From assembly GCA_919903585.1 (NCBI GenBank), contig CAKKST010000125.1, positions 1-29,815 on the forward strand: 29,815 nt of DNA. Direction: 5' to 3'. This document shows positions 16,558 through 25,141 of this stretch, piece after piece. How positions within the stretch are numbered: position 1 is the stretch's first letter; each line of letters begins with the position of its first letter. The notes beneath the pieces were generated by a model. That model had not been told where the DNA came from. It worked only from the letters and a program-made list of their open reading frames with translations, and made no database searches. The position numbers and the translations under genes were made by a program. This DNA comes from Nitrospiria bacterium (lineage in GTDB: Bacteria; Nitrospirota; CAKKRA01; 9FT-COMBO-42-15).

Positions 16558-18141
16558 CTACCCTTTATAATTCCTGTAATCAATAAATGGAAAGAGATTG
16601 TCCTTGTACTCAATATCCGAGAGCCATGACTCGTCAATCCTGCCGGCCTTTATGTCCTCATAGAGCCGTGTAAACCTGAGGGTGTGTGTTTTGAATCTCC
16701 TTACAGCATACTCCACGACTGTGCCTGTCTTCATTATAAATGGCCAGTCAGAGCTTTGTGCAAGCAGCAGCTCCCTTGCTGCCTGATTCAGCGCCCTCTG
16801 CTGAAGTCCCTTTGCATCAGGATAACTGTTTGCAAGCTCTATCATCCTCTCTGCTGCCTTATGCAGGTGGCGGTATATCCAGTCATTGCTTTCTTCAAGC
16901 CAGACCTCGCTGTATCCTTTATACCCCCAGCTTGACATAGACGGGGTAGAGACCTGATTCACAGGATTCTCTTTTAGGTATTCCATTGGCGTTATGAGCC
17001 TGATAGTCTTCTGGTCATAGGCAATCTTTCTAATCAGAAAATTCAGCCACTCAGGCCCCTCAAACCACCAGTGGCCGTAAAGCTCTGCGTCATAGGGGGA
17101 GACAATAATCGGCTTCTTCTTCATTACATCATAGAGATACTCAATCTGCTTCTCCCTGTTGAACATGAAGTTTCCTGCATGCCCTGCCGCCTTATCCAGC
17201 GCCCATTGCCTTACATAGGGTTCTTTGTGGTCTGCCCTTCCTGTAATGCGGTAATATTTTATGCCTGTATTTATCCTTATGCCGTCTTTATGTATATATG
17301 GCTTGATGTATTCATGATCAAGGTCAAATCCAATATCCCTGTAAAAGTCCCTGTAGTTATGATCTCCGGGATAGCCGTCTATAGAGCTCCATACCTGCTT
17401 TGCAGATTCAATGTCCCTTCCAAAGGCAGCAGCGCCTGACTTGCAGTATAGCGGCGCAAAGACGCCGTATTTGGGCCTTGGTGAGGCATATAGAAGGCCA
17501 TGCGCCTCCAAAAAGAAGAATCTTATCCCTGCATCCTTTAATATATTATCAAGACCGGGGTAATATGCGCACTCCGGCAGCCAGATGCCTTTTGGCCTTA
17601 CACCGAGATATCTCTCATGGTGATCTGCCGCTGTCTTTATCTGCGCAGAGACAGCAGTGGAATTTATCCCTAATAATGGAAGAAAACCATGAGTCGCGCC
17701 GCAGGTAGTAATCTCAATCTTGCCTGCATCCTGAAATTTCTTAAATGCAGAGACCATGTCCCTCTTATATTTCTCAACAAAAACCCATCGCGCATTTTTA
17801 AATCTGTCATTATACATCCTTGCAAGGCTGTTAAACTCAGGCTGGTGCCTTGTCCTTTCTATCTCCTTTTCAGAAAGCTCAATAAGCATCTCTATGTGCT
17901 TTACATATCTCTCCTGAAGCAGATTATCAGTGAGCATTGCAATAAGGGTTGGCGAAAGGGAGACGGTGAGCCTGAAATCAACACCATCATTCAACAGGCC
18001 GTCAAACACATTAATCAGCGGGATATAGGTCTCTGTAATTGCCTCATATAGCCAGTCCTCCTCAAGAAAATCCTCATATTCAGGGTGCCTTACAAACGGG
18101 AGATGACAGTGCAGTACAAGCGCTAAATAACCCTTTTCCAA
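16558..18141 (-). CDS. GH57 family 1,4-alpha-glucan branching enzyme (DUF1957)
   Basis: LHCHLP, EAITETYIPL, WLPECAY (nucleophile Glu), YDAELYGHWWFEG, LLLAQSSDWPF. Confidence 0.92.
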   Translation of the reverse strand: MEKGYLALVLHCHLPFVRHPEYEDFLEEDWLYEAITETYIPLINVFDGLLNDGVDFRLTVSLSPTLIAMLTDNLLQERYVKHIEMLIELSEKEIERTRHQPEFNSLARMYNDRFKNARWVFVEKYKRDMVSAFKKFQDAGKIEITTCGATHGFLPLLGINSTAVSAQIKTAADHHERYLGVRPKGIWLPECAYYPGLDNILKDAGIRFFFLEAHGLLYASPRPKYGVFAPLYCKSGAAAFGRDIESAKQVWSSIDGYPGDHNYRDFYRDIGFDLDHEYIKPYIHKDGIRINTGIKYYRITGRADHKEPYVRQWALDKAAGHAGNFMFNREKQIEYLYDVMKKKPIIVSPYDAELYGHWWFEGPEWLNFLIRKIAYDQKTIRLITPMEYLKENPVNQVSTPSMSSWGYKGYSEVWLEESNDWIYRHLHKAAERMIELANSYPDAKGLQQRALNQAARELLLAQSSDWPFIMKTGTVVEYAVRRFKTHTLRFTRLYEDIKAGRIDESWLSDIEYKDNLFPFIDYRNYKG

Positions 18142-18155
18142 ATATCCTCCAGAAA

Positions 18156-18216
18156 GTAGGGGCAGACCTGCGTGTCTGCCCTAATAATAAGGGCGAACAC
18201 ATAGGTTCGCCCCTAC
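18156..18216. repeat. GTAG-family REP doublet
   Basis: gtaggggcagacctgcgtgtctgccc-taataataa-gggcgaacacataggttcgcccctac in the DUF4912-GH57 spacer. Confidence 0.85.
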
Positions 18217-18246
18217 AAACAATAAATACATCTTTATATGTTTATA

Positions 18247-19134
18247 TCAATTCCACCTGCTGCTCGGTGAGGCAATACCAAGCAGGTGCATCCTCTTCTT
18301 TATCAGCTCTTTTATCTCCATTGTGGAGAGGCCAATGCCATAGCCGCCTGAAAGGGCAAAGAGCTTCATAAACTCCTCCTCAAGGAGCATCCACTCCTCA
18401 TCCACAACATCAGAAACACCGTCCCTCGGCATGGTTACAACATTTGACCTTATCAGTGTAAGGAATCTGCCGTCCGGGGCAATGGCGCCGAGGTCAATGC
18501 AGAAAGACCTGTTGGGCCTGTTGATATTGATATACCAGCTCCCCACCATGTCAAAGACATCAATATCAAAATAACTGTGTGCATTCTTCACATCAGGCAT
18601 ATCTGTTATATCATATATACGCAGCACAAGCCTTACGCCCGGGCCAAGAAGCCTTTTTGCATCATCATAGCGCTGATTTGTAACCTCCCAGTAGGTAAAT
18701 GCAAAATAAGGGTCACGCGCCATCAGGACTATCTTATTCTCACCGTAAAAAGGCGGAAGCTCATCTTTCTTTTCAATAGGCAGCGCCTTTTCTTTTACCT
18801 TGCCCACATAATACTTTGCTGCCTCTACCAATTCCTCGCCTGATTTTGCAGCAAGCGGTATTGGAGCAGGCATTTCTTCTCTGATAATTTTTGTGGTCTT
18901 CTTAATACCTTCTTCACCCTTCACTATCATGGGCTTTCTTACTACTGCTATTGCTTTCTTAACCGCCTTCTTAACAATCTTTTTAGGCTCCCCTGCCTTT
19001 ACCTTTTTAGCTGTCCTAATAGCAGATGAAAGTATTGCAGCTATAATCTCATCCTTTTTTGCCTTAGCAGGAAGCTTGAGATTTAGCTTCTTTGCCATCT
19101 TTTTAAGCTCGGCAACTGTCTTTTTACTCAGCAT
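18247..19134 (-). CDS. DUF4912 domain protein with N-terminal Rho_N-like helical domain
   Basis: LSKKTVAELKKMAKKLNL..KAKKDEII (Rho_N-like), Lys/Ala linker, ELPPFYGENKIVLMARDPYFAFTYWEV, RSNVVTMP; adjacent to GH57. Start could be GTG 19146. Confidence 0.82.
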   Translation of the reverse strand: MLSKKTVAELKKMAKKLNLKLPAKAKKDEIIAAILSSAIRTAKKVKAGEPKKIVKKAVKKAIAVVRKPMIVKGEEGIKKTTKIIREEMPAPIPLAAKSGEELVEAAKYYVGKVKEKALPIEKKDELPPFYGENKIVLMARDPYFAFTYWEVTNQRYDDAKRLLGPGVRLVLRIYDITDMPDVKNAHSYFDIDVFDMVGSWYININRPNRSFCIDLGAIAPDGRFLTLIRSNVVTMPRDGVSDVVDEEWMLLEEEFMKLFALSGGYGIGLSTMEIKELIKKRMHLLGIASPSSRWN

Positions 19135-19410
19135 ATTTTTATCCACCTCATCACCCCCTTAAAAAAATCCTTTGCTTAATTCAAAAACTTCCCCCTTTTT
19201 GATTGTTATCATAACATATTAGTCATATATTAGTAAATATAAATTTGCATCATTATACCTGCTTGAATCTTTTAGCTATTTTGTCCTTTTTTGTATTTTA
19301 TTGGAAAGGCTATTGCTTAAATAAAACGACTTAAATACTTGTGTTTTATTAATTACATATGAATGCGTAATTATTTATGACGCTTCATATAAAAGAAATG
19401 CTTATGCGTC

Positions 19411-21600
19411 TTATTTTATTTTTGCGTCCTCTCCCCTCCTGCCTGTCTTTTCTTTAGGCTCTGCTGTCTCAACAGGCAGGTTAACATAAAAACTGCTCCC
19501 AACCCCAACCTCGCTCCGAACATCAACAAACCCGCAGTGCTCTGACACTATCTCCTGAACTATTGATAGTCCCAGTCCAGTACCCTCCCTGCCATCACTG
19601 CTTTCATGCTTTGTGGTATAAAAGGGATTGAATATGCGATCTAAATCCTCATTGGCTATACCAGTCCCATTGTCCCTCACCTCTATCTGAACATAGCCGC
19701 CTTCACCTATCTTACCACAGGGAGAAAGCATGTGTCTCACCTTTCGCGTCGCTATCTCTATCTTCCCAATCCCGTTCACAGCATCCATAGCATTCATTAT
19801 CAAATTTAACAATACCTGCTTTATCTGCTCCCTATCCACTTTTATCACAGGAAGGCTGTTGTCATACCCCCTCTCTATCTTTATCCCTTTCTTCTTCGCC
19901 TGATATTCTATAAATTGCACAGTGTTTTCTATTACTTCATTTATATCTTCTTCCTGAAATACAGGCGTCCTCGGCCTTGAGTAGTCCATTATCTCCCTTA
20001 AAAGTTTCTCTATCCTCTCCACTTCCTGCAGGGCATATCTTGGTATCTTTTCTGTAAAGTCCATGTCTTTGCCATATCGTGATGGCAGCAACTGCAGGCA
20101 GGCCTTTATGGGAACAAGCGGGTTTCTTATCTCATGGGCAAAGCCTGCTGCTAAGTCTCCTACGGTCTTCAGCCTTTCTATCCTTCTTATTACCAGTTTT
20201 GATTCTTTTATCCTCTCCACAAGCTGGGCATTCTGTATGGCAACGCAGGCCTGGCGGCCCAAGGATAGGAATAATTCTATATCCTCATTGGAGTACATAC
20301 TCCTGTCTCCCTTTGCACCAAGGTTGCAGAAGCCTGTAAGCTGTCCTTTTTCTAAAAAGGGTATAGCTATCTCAGATTCCATTTCTTTAAGTATCTTTAT
20401 TATTTCCTGAGTTTGTTGTGTGCTCGGATATCTCTCTATCTCCTCTCTTATTGCAACATCTTCTTTTGTAATAAAGTGGCTGATTAAGGAATCTTCCTGT
20501 TTTATTTTAATCTTGTTCTTTTCCTCATCAAGGCTATATGATGCCTTCATTGTATATACCTTCTTTTCTTCATCAAACAAAAAGATTGATGCTTTTTTAA
20601 TCTTGAGTGTCTCAACAAAGGTGTTGATGGTTCTATTCAGAAGCTCATCCAATGTTATAACTGATACCATCTCCTTTGTGAAGTTGGAGAGGACTTTGTA
20701 AGGATTGTATTTTTTATAAAACAGGGTATTCTCAAGCGCCCTTTCTGTTCTAAGCTTTAGATTATAGAAGGCAATGGCAGAAACAGCAACTACACTGAGG
20801 AGAACGATAGAAAGGGATAAATTGACTGAACCAAGAAAGAACTTCTCGGCCCAGAGGATTATTAAAAAGGCAGGCGCCAATATAAGAAGAAGACCTGCAG
20901 AATATACGGTCCCTTTTTTGAGGGCAAAGGTTATCTCCATTAAGCGGTATTTGACTATAGCATAGGCAAGTAATGATATCCAACATACAGCAGCAATATA
21001 GCCAAAAGGATAAATACCAATATTATACTTTGGTAAGAAATCAACAATGCCTATGTTAGCAAATAGATAAGCCAACATTAAATATTTTGCTTGATTATAT
21101 TTAAAGAGATCGTGTTTTTTAACCTTCCTAAAATTTATTAAAAACAAAATGAATGAATATATAAAAAGAACACAAAAGAAAATTATAAAAGAATGATAAA
21201 GTATACCAATTTTAGGATAAAAACCCCAGAAGAAGTTATTCATGCCCTTATAGATATAATCTGTCAGGCCAAGGGCTATAAAGGGGAGAGCCATAAGATA
21301 TAAAGCAAAAACAGGGATTCTACTCTTAATCTTTAAAACCGCTACTGTAAAATGATAAAATGTAATAGGAATAAATATTACGCCAATGAAACCTATTCTT
21401 GCCCAAATTATTCCCAAACTTTCATCTTTAGTGGCATACATTCCACTATACCCGAAGAGCCATACTGAAAGACTCATGCACGCTAAAAATAAGGCAAGTT
21501 GCTCCTCTTTTTTCGTGTCTTTATACTTAAAAAAAACAAAGTATCCAATTAAACTGATTATTATTCCACTAATTAATTGAGGAAGAAAATATAGATTCAT
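19411..21600 (-). CDS. Sensor histidine kinase: N-terminal 7TM (HisKA_7TM-like), GAF, HisKA, HATPase_c
   Basis: About 7 TM helices ending AYAIVKYRL, extra TMs, GAF (IAIPFLEKGQLTGFCNLGAK..YSNEDIELF), H-box FAHEIRNPL, N-box QVLLNLIMNA, DNGTG, FYTTK, GTGLGL. Confidence 0.92.
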   Translation of the reverse strand: MNLYFLPQLISGIIISLIGYFVFFKYKDTKKEEQLALFLACMSLSVWLFGYSGMYATKDESLGIIWARIGFIGVIFIPITFYHFTVAVLKIKSRIPVFALYLMALPFIALGLTDYIYKGMNNFFWGFYPKIGILYHSFIIFFCVLFIYSFILFLINFRKVKKHDLFKYNQAKYLMLAYLFANIGIVDFLPKYNIGIYPFGYIAAVCWISLLAYAIVKYRLMEITFALKKGTVYSAGLLLILAPAFLIILWAEKFFLGSVNLSLSIVLLSVVAVSAIAFYNLKLRTERALENTLFYKKYNPYKVLSNFTKEMVSVITLDELLNRTINTFVETLKIKKASIFLFDEEKKVYTMKASYSLDEEKNKIKIKQEDSLISHFITKEDVAIREEIERYPSTQQTQEIIKILKEMESEIAIPFLEKGQLTGFCNLGAKGDRSMYSNEDIELFLSLGRQACVAIQNAQLVERIKESKLVIRRIERLKTVGDLAAGFAHEIRNPLVPIKACLQLLPSRYGKDMDFTEKIPRYALQEVERIEKLLREIMDYSRPRTPVFQEEDINEVIENTVQFIEYQAKKKGIKIERGYDNSLPVIKVDREQIKQVLLNLIMNAMDAVNGIGKIEIATRKVRHMLSPCGKIGEGGYVQIEVRDNGTGIANEDLDRIFNPFYTTKHESSDGREGTGLGLSIVQEIVSEHCGFVDVRSEVGVGSSFYVNLPVETAEPKEKTGRRGEDAKIK

Positions 21601-21601
21601 T

Positions 21602-23275
21602 TTATTTACCCTTTTTGATTTCTGCTTTCTTCTTAAGATTGGTTATACTAACACCCTGAAGTGTTGAGGTTTTTTGCCAGACATAATTCATCTCCCCAAA
21701 GGGCCCGCCTGACAATTTAAGTCCACCGTGAGTTGCTAAATAGGATGAAAAATTTACATGCCTTGAATTAATTCTTAAAATCCCACTTTTAGAAAGATTA
21801 TTCATAAACTTCTTTACATAAGAATTGGAATTCGTCCACGCTGAAAATCTAAGACCGTATTTTTCGCTATTAGCAAGGTTAATCATTTTTTTAAAGATAA
21901 TATCATCTTTTTTATCTAATGTATTGGCAGATACTTTTACTAATGGTATGAGCGGGAAATATATCTCTTCATTAAATAATTTCATATCCTTTACCTTTGA
22001 GTCGTCTTCTATGCTTATAACTGTTGGTGTAATAAATTCGCCTTCTATAGATGGCAACCCTTTATAATTTACTCTATCCCCACCACAGATAAGTTTTGCA
22101 CCCTTTTGTAGGGCATCTGAAAGGTAATCATAGAATTCCAAAATCTTTGATATAGGAGTTAAGATAGTTTCTGGGTCAGATGGAAGGCCGATTTTGAGCT
22201 TTTTTACCTCTTCAATAAACCTTTCTTTAAAGTCTTCAAAGATATCTTCATGAACCATTGCCTTCTTAGGGATCATGCATATCTGAGTAGCACCCATAAA
22301 GCCATCAAGAAGAGACTTCACAGATTCCACTAATGGCGCATCCTTCCAGATAAAAACTGTATCATTGCCTGAAAGCTCAAGGATAGGCTTTTTACCCATT
22401 TGATATGCTCGAACTCCAACTTCTAAGCCCTTTTTGCTATCTCCTATATAAATAATATCATTAGTGTATTTGCTAACTAACCATTCCTCCATGATCTTTA
22501 TAGAATTGCCTAATACTATATTAATACTACCTAAAGGTACATTGTTTTCTACCATTGCTTTATATATAATTTCTTTCCAAAGATAAATTGTTGATAAGGG
22601 GTTTTTATATGGTGGTTTTATAATTATGGTATTACCTGCAAGAATTGCAAGTACACCGATATACGAACTGCTACAAGGTGCATTTTTAGGTGGGTTTAAA
22701 CAAACTACTCCATCTGGCCGTCTTGTCCAATAGAAAGACTCATTACCATTCTCGGCTACTTTATTTAATAAATGCGGTAGGTAAAGATCAAGAGCCTCTT
22801 TTGTACATACCTTATCCATCCCTGAAAACTCCCACTCTGCGACTTTTCTGGGATGACCTTCTATTATCATTAGTTCTATCAGTTTTTCCTTATTCTCAAG
22901 AAGGAGAGCATGTATATCACTCATTATCTTTCTTCTTTTCTTTAAAGAAAAGTTTTTAAAAATCTGAAATGCCTCATATGCTGCTTTTATTGCATTTGCA
23001 TTTGTGTCTTCCACCCCAACACAGTAGCGGGCAAAGATATAGTCTTTATAATTTGAAGGGATCTCTCCATTTTTTAACTGTCTTATTATTCTAAGCGCTA
23101 CCTTGGGTTCAGTAATTAACTTATCAGCATAGGGGAAGTATTCATACTTGCCTATGTCTAAGTCTTCACCATTGACTAAGGGTGTAAAGGTTGGGATATC
23201 CAATTCTAATTTATGATTATCTTTTTCTGTTTGAATTGTCTCGGATGGTGTCTCTAAAATGGCAGGTTCTTTCAT
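21602..23275 (-). CDS. Divergent aldehyde dehydrogenase family protein
   Basis: PPKNAP (catalytic Asn), IIKP, YIGDSKKG, LELSGND (Glu), TQICM (Cys), EEIYFP, YGL, HGG. Start placed at ATG 23275 (AAGGAGG 8 nt upstream); stop lies 1 bp before the kinase start. Confidence 0.85.
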   Translation of the reverse strand: MKEPAILETPSETIQTEKDNHKLELDIPTFTPLVNGEDLDIGKYEYFPYADKLITEPKVALRIIRQLKNGEIPSNYKDYIFARYCVGVEDTNANAIKAAYEAFQIFKNFSLKKRRKIMSDIHALLLENKEKLIELMIIEGHPRKVAEWEFSGMDKVCTKEALDLYLPHLLNKVAENGNESFYWTRRPDGVVCLNPPKNAPCSSSYIGVLAILAGNTIIIKPPYKNPLSTIYLWKEIIYKAMVENNVPLGSINIVLGNSIKIMEEWLVSKYTNDIIYIGDSKKGLEVGVRAYQMGKKPILELSGNDTVFIWKDAPLVESVKSLLDGFMGATQICMIPKKAMVHEDIFEDFKERFIEEVKKLKIGLPSDPETILTPISKILEFYDYLSDALQKGAKLICGGDRVNYKGLPSIEGEFITPTVISIEDDSKVKDMKLFNEEIYFPLIPLVKVSANTLDKKDDIIFKKMINLANSEKYGLRFSAWTNSNSYVKKFMNNLSKSGILRINSRHVNFSSYLATHGGLKLSGGPFGEMNYVWQKTSTLQGVSITNLKKKAEIKKGK

Positions 23276-23308
23276 TGGAGGCACCTCCTTAAATTTGGTT
23301 AATAAGAG
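23273..23308. repeat. 36-bp direct repeat, copy 1 (leader and RBS of the ALDH gene)
   Basis: cattggaggcacctccttaaatttggttaataagag; 35/36 identical to 25267-25302. Confidence 0.9.
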
Positions 23309-23314
23309 TTAACT

Positions 23315-23383
23315 TTAGTCCTGTCCACATTTTCGCCGAGGCTTGAAAGCCTCGGCTATCCTAAGTATTGGAAGTTTAGGCAT
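23315..23383 (-). pseudogene. hicA: hicA toxin remnant truncated at a palindrome
   Basis: ATG overlaps the hicB stop (TAATG); reads MPKLPIL, a typical HicA N-terminus, then enters a palindrome and stops after 22 aa. Confidence 0.6.
23335..23361. repeat. REP-like palindrome
   Basis: gccgaggct-tgaa-agcctcggc followed by tatcc (9-bp stem). Confidence 0.7.
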
Positions 23384-23589
23384 TAAGCAAATACCTCTAC
23401 CTCACGCATGGCAACAGTAAGCGGCATCCTCCTCTCTGCTCTAACTTCAAGACATTGTTTTATTGCGTCTTTAATGTTTGCCATTGCTTCCTCTTCGGTT
23501 TTGCCCTGACTCACGCACCCAGGGATAGATGGACATTCTACAACAAACACTCCATCTTCATCACGATCAATTGTTACAATAAACTTCAT
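23383..23589 (-). CDS. hicB: HicB family antitoxin (short, UPF0150-like)
   Basis: RDEDGVFVVECPSIPGCVSQGKTEEEAMANIKDAI. Confidence 0.88.
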   Translation of the reverse strand: MKFIVTIDRDEDGVFVVECPSIPGCVSQGKTEEEAMANIKDAIKQCLEVRAERRMPLTVAMREVEVFA

Positions 23590-23873
23590 TGTCTTTTCTC
23601 CATCTTAAGAAATTTTTACCATGCCTTGCCTTGTATTGCACCCGATTTTCTTTATGCAGCGCTTACCTCTAAGGTTACATCTGACAGTCTTGATATCTGT
23701 GGAGCAATAGCCCCAATACTGACATAAACTACACTTTGCCCCGCTTCATGTTGCTGTTTTACAATTTTAATATTTGTCTCACAGAGGTCAGGGTCATTTT
23801 TTTACCTCTTTTAAAAATTCCTCCCTATATTCTCGTTTTCAAACTGTTCTGAATGAGGTTTAATCGGAAATGT

Positions 23874-24122
23874 TTAAATGCTTGTACGTTCTTTTTTAAT
23901 ATCTATACTCTCGGAGTCTTTTTCTGTATATTCTTCCACAATGGGTTTTAATATCTTTTCTAAAGGATATACATCAGGATTAAGTATCTCCACCCCTATT
24001 AGATTCCCAGTATCATCCAGATCAATGTTAAGATTTTCATTGATTTCGATTGTTCTTCCATGCGTTTTTTCTTGTAGCCTTATATAAAGGGCATTTGCAA
24101 AATGGTCATATTCTATCTTCAT
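23874..24122 (-). CDS. DUF2283 family putative antitoxin
   Basis: MKIEYD..ANALYIRL...INENLNIDLDDTGNLIGVEIL; RBS GGAGAAGG. Confidence 0.85.
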   Translation of the reverse strand: MKIEYDHFANALYIRLQEKTHGRTIEINENLNIDLDDTGNLIGVEILNPDVYPLEKILKPIVEEYTEKDSESIDIKKERTSI

Positions 24123-24130
24123 ACCTTCTC

Positions 24131-24370
24131 CTACTGATTACGGTCAATAATTGTTACAATTCTATATCCTAACAATTCTTGTTTATAAACGATCTTTAAT
24201 AGTTTATTTCCTAATGCCTTTATCGCAACTTCTCTTCCATCTTCCTGAACATAATGACTATCTGGATTCTCTATTGAATCAATTATTTCAAAGGTTGTAG
24301 CCAGTATCTCTCTATTACGGTTCTTCGCATGCCTTGTTAAAATAACCCTTATGTTATTTCTATTTATAAT
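24131..24370 (-). CDS. DUF4258 family putative toxin (BrnT/RelE-like); no ATG/GTG/TTG start, possibly a pseudogene
   Basis: Manual translation: IINRNNIRVILTRHAKNRNREILATTFEIIDSIENPDSHYVQEDGREVAIKALGNKLLKIVYKQELLGYRIVTIIDRNQ; in-frame TAG 6 nt upstream of ATT 24370; directly upstream of DUF2283, its usual partner. Confidence 0.65.
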   Translation of the reverse strand: MINRNNIRVILTRHAKNRNREILATTFEIIDSIENPDSHYVQEDGREVAIKALGNKLLKIVYKQELLGYRIVTIIDRNQ

Positions 24371-24439
24371 CTTATCCTATTTTCTCGATTAATGCAAGCT
24401 AAGAAGACCTCTCGTAAGCAGCAAGTCGTTAGGGAATTT

Positions 24440-24490
24440 GTCATTCCTGTCCCGTATCAAGTACGGGATAAACTCCAGCAGAAATCCAGT
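24440..24490. repeat. Half REP-like element (GTCATTCC..ATCCAG type) with internal hairpin
   Basis: gtcattcctgtcccgtatcaagtacgggataaactccagcagaaatccagt; 7-bp stem tcccgta/tacggga; outer ends match the left arm at 15241. Confidence 0.6.
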
Positions 24491-24599
24491 CCTTTCCCTT
24501 CCATACACCTGATGTTTTCTTTAATAATTTAAGGTCTTGCAGATCAAATTCTTCAGTTGCATTAAAATAATAATTGGAAGGGTTAAATATTTCAGTCAT
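24441..24599 (-). pseudogene. Chimeric 52-aa stub with IFNPxNYYxN start
   Basis: GGAGG-N6-ATG; MTEIFNPSNYYFNATEEFDLQDLKLLKKTSGVWKGKDWISAGVYPVLDTGQE; the last third is read through a REP. Confidence 0.45.
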
Positions 24600-24624
24600 A
24601 GACTACCTCCTGTGCCTTAATTTT

Positions 24625-24864
24625 TCACCCAACCTTTTCCATCAGCCATTCCTGTATTAATGAGTCTTCGTTCTTGTGAAGTTTCTTTGCCTTGCTCTGT
24701 ATTTTCTTAAACAATTCTATACTTACTCCAATATATTTCTTTTTCTTAAGGTTAAATTTAATATCTGTTACTTCCCTTACATCATTTAACTCGAATATGT
24801 CATGCTCGTCAAAAAAATCACTTGCCTCTGTAATAGTCATTTTTTTATACTTACTTTTTTTCAT
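24625..24864 (-). CDS. CopG/BrnA-like ribbon-helix-helix antitoxin
   Basis: EASDFFDEHD acidic N-terminal segment plus RHH-like IGVSIELFKKIQSKAK..EDSLIQEWLMEK; overlaps the upstream toxin stop. Confidence 0.75.
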   Translation of the reverse strand: MKKSKYKKMTITEASDFFDEHDIFELNDVREVTDIKFNLKKKKYIGVSIELFKKIQSKAKKLHKNEDSLIQEWLMEKVG

Positions 24865-25141
24865 ATCTCCTCCGCTCACGCCTGTTCATATCCCTTGCTG
24901 TTACAATCAGTGCCTTATTATCAAGCTTTTTTATAAAAAAGACACAAAGATTGCGTCCCGCCTTTGTCCTGCCGAGGGCATTATACAAATCCTCTCCTTC
25001 AATATCCCCACTTTCTCTCTTAAATATTCTGCATTTTCCTGATAATACCTCTTCAACCTCATGTGGAAGAACACTATGCTTCCATGCAAGTTTTTCCACA
25101 ATAGTATCTAACCAAATTATACCATCTATTACAAATGACAG
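24851..25141 (-). CDS. BrnT-like (DUF497) toxin, probable CTG start
   Basis: Extends upstream of the track start as LSFVIDGIIWLDTIVEKLAWKHSVLPHEVEEVL...ALGRTKAGRNLCVFF...LIVTARDMNRRERRRY; GGAGG 6 nt before CTG 25141; in-frame stop shortly upstream and no ATG in this extension. Confidence 0.8.
   Translation of the reverse strand: MSFVIDGIIWLDTIVEKLAWKHSVLPHEVEEVLSGKCRIFKRESGDIEGEDLYNALGRTKAGRNLCVFFIKKLDNKALIVTARDMNRRERRRYEKK

Noticed and set aside
19204-19216. Palindrome TGTTAT-C-ATAACA upstream of DUF4912
   Set aside because: Could be a regulator site, but it is too short to assign and does not fully match a box I can name with confidence.
19301-19318. Sigma54-like TGG-N9-TTGC motif (ttggaaaggctattgctt)
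   Set aside because: It points along the plus strand where no gene follows, and the -24 box is degenerate.
23620-23797. Possible frameshifted small ORF upstream of hicB (MTLTSVRQILKL... with GAGG RBS)
   Set aside because: Stops after 12 codons; the downstream frame has no recognisable family signature.
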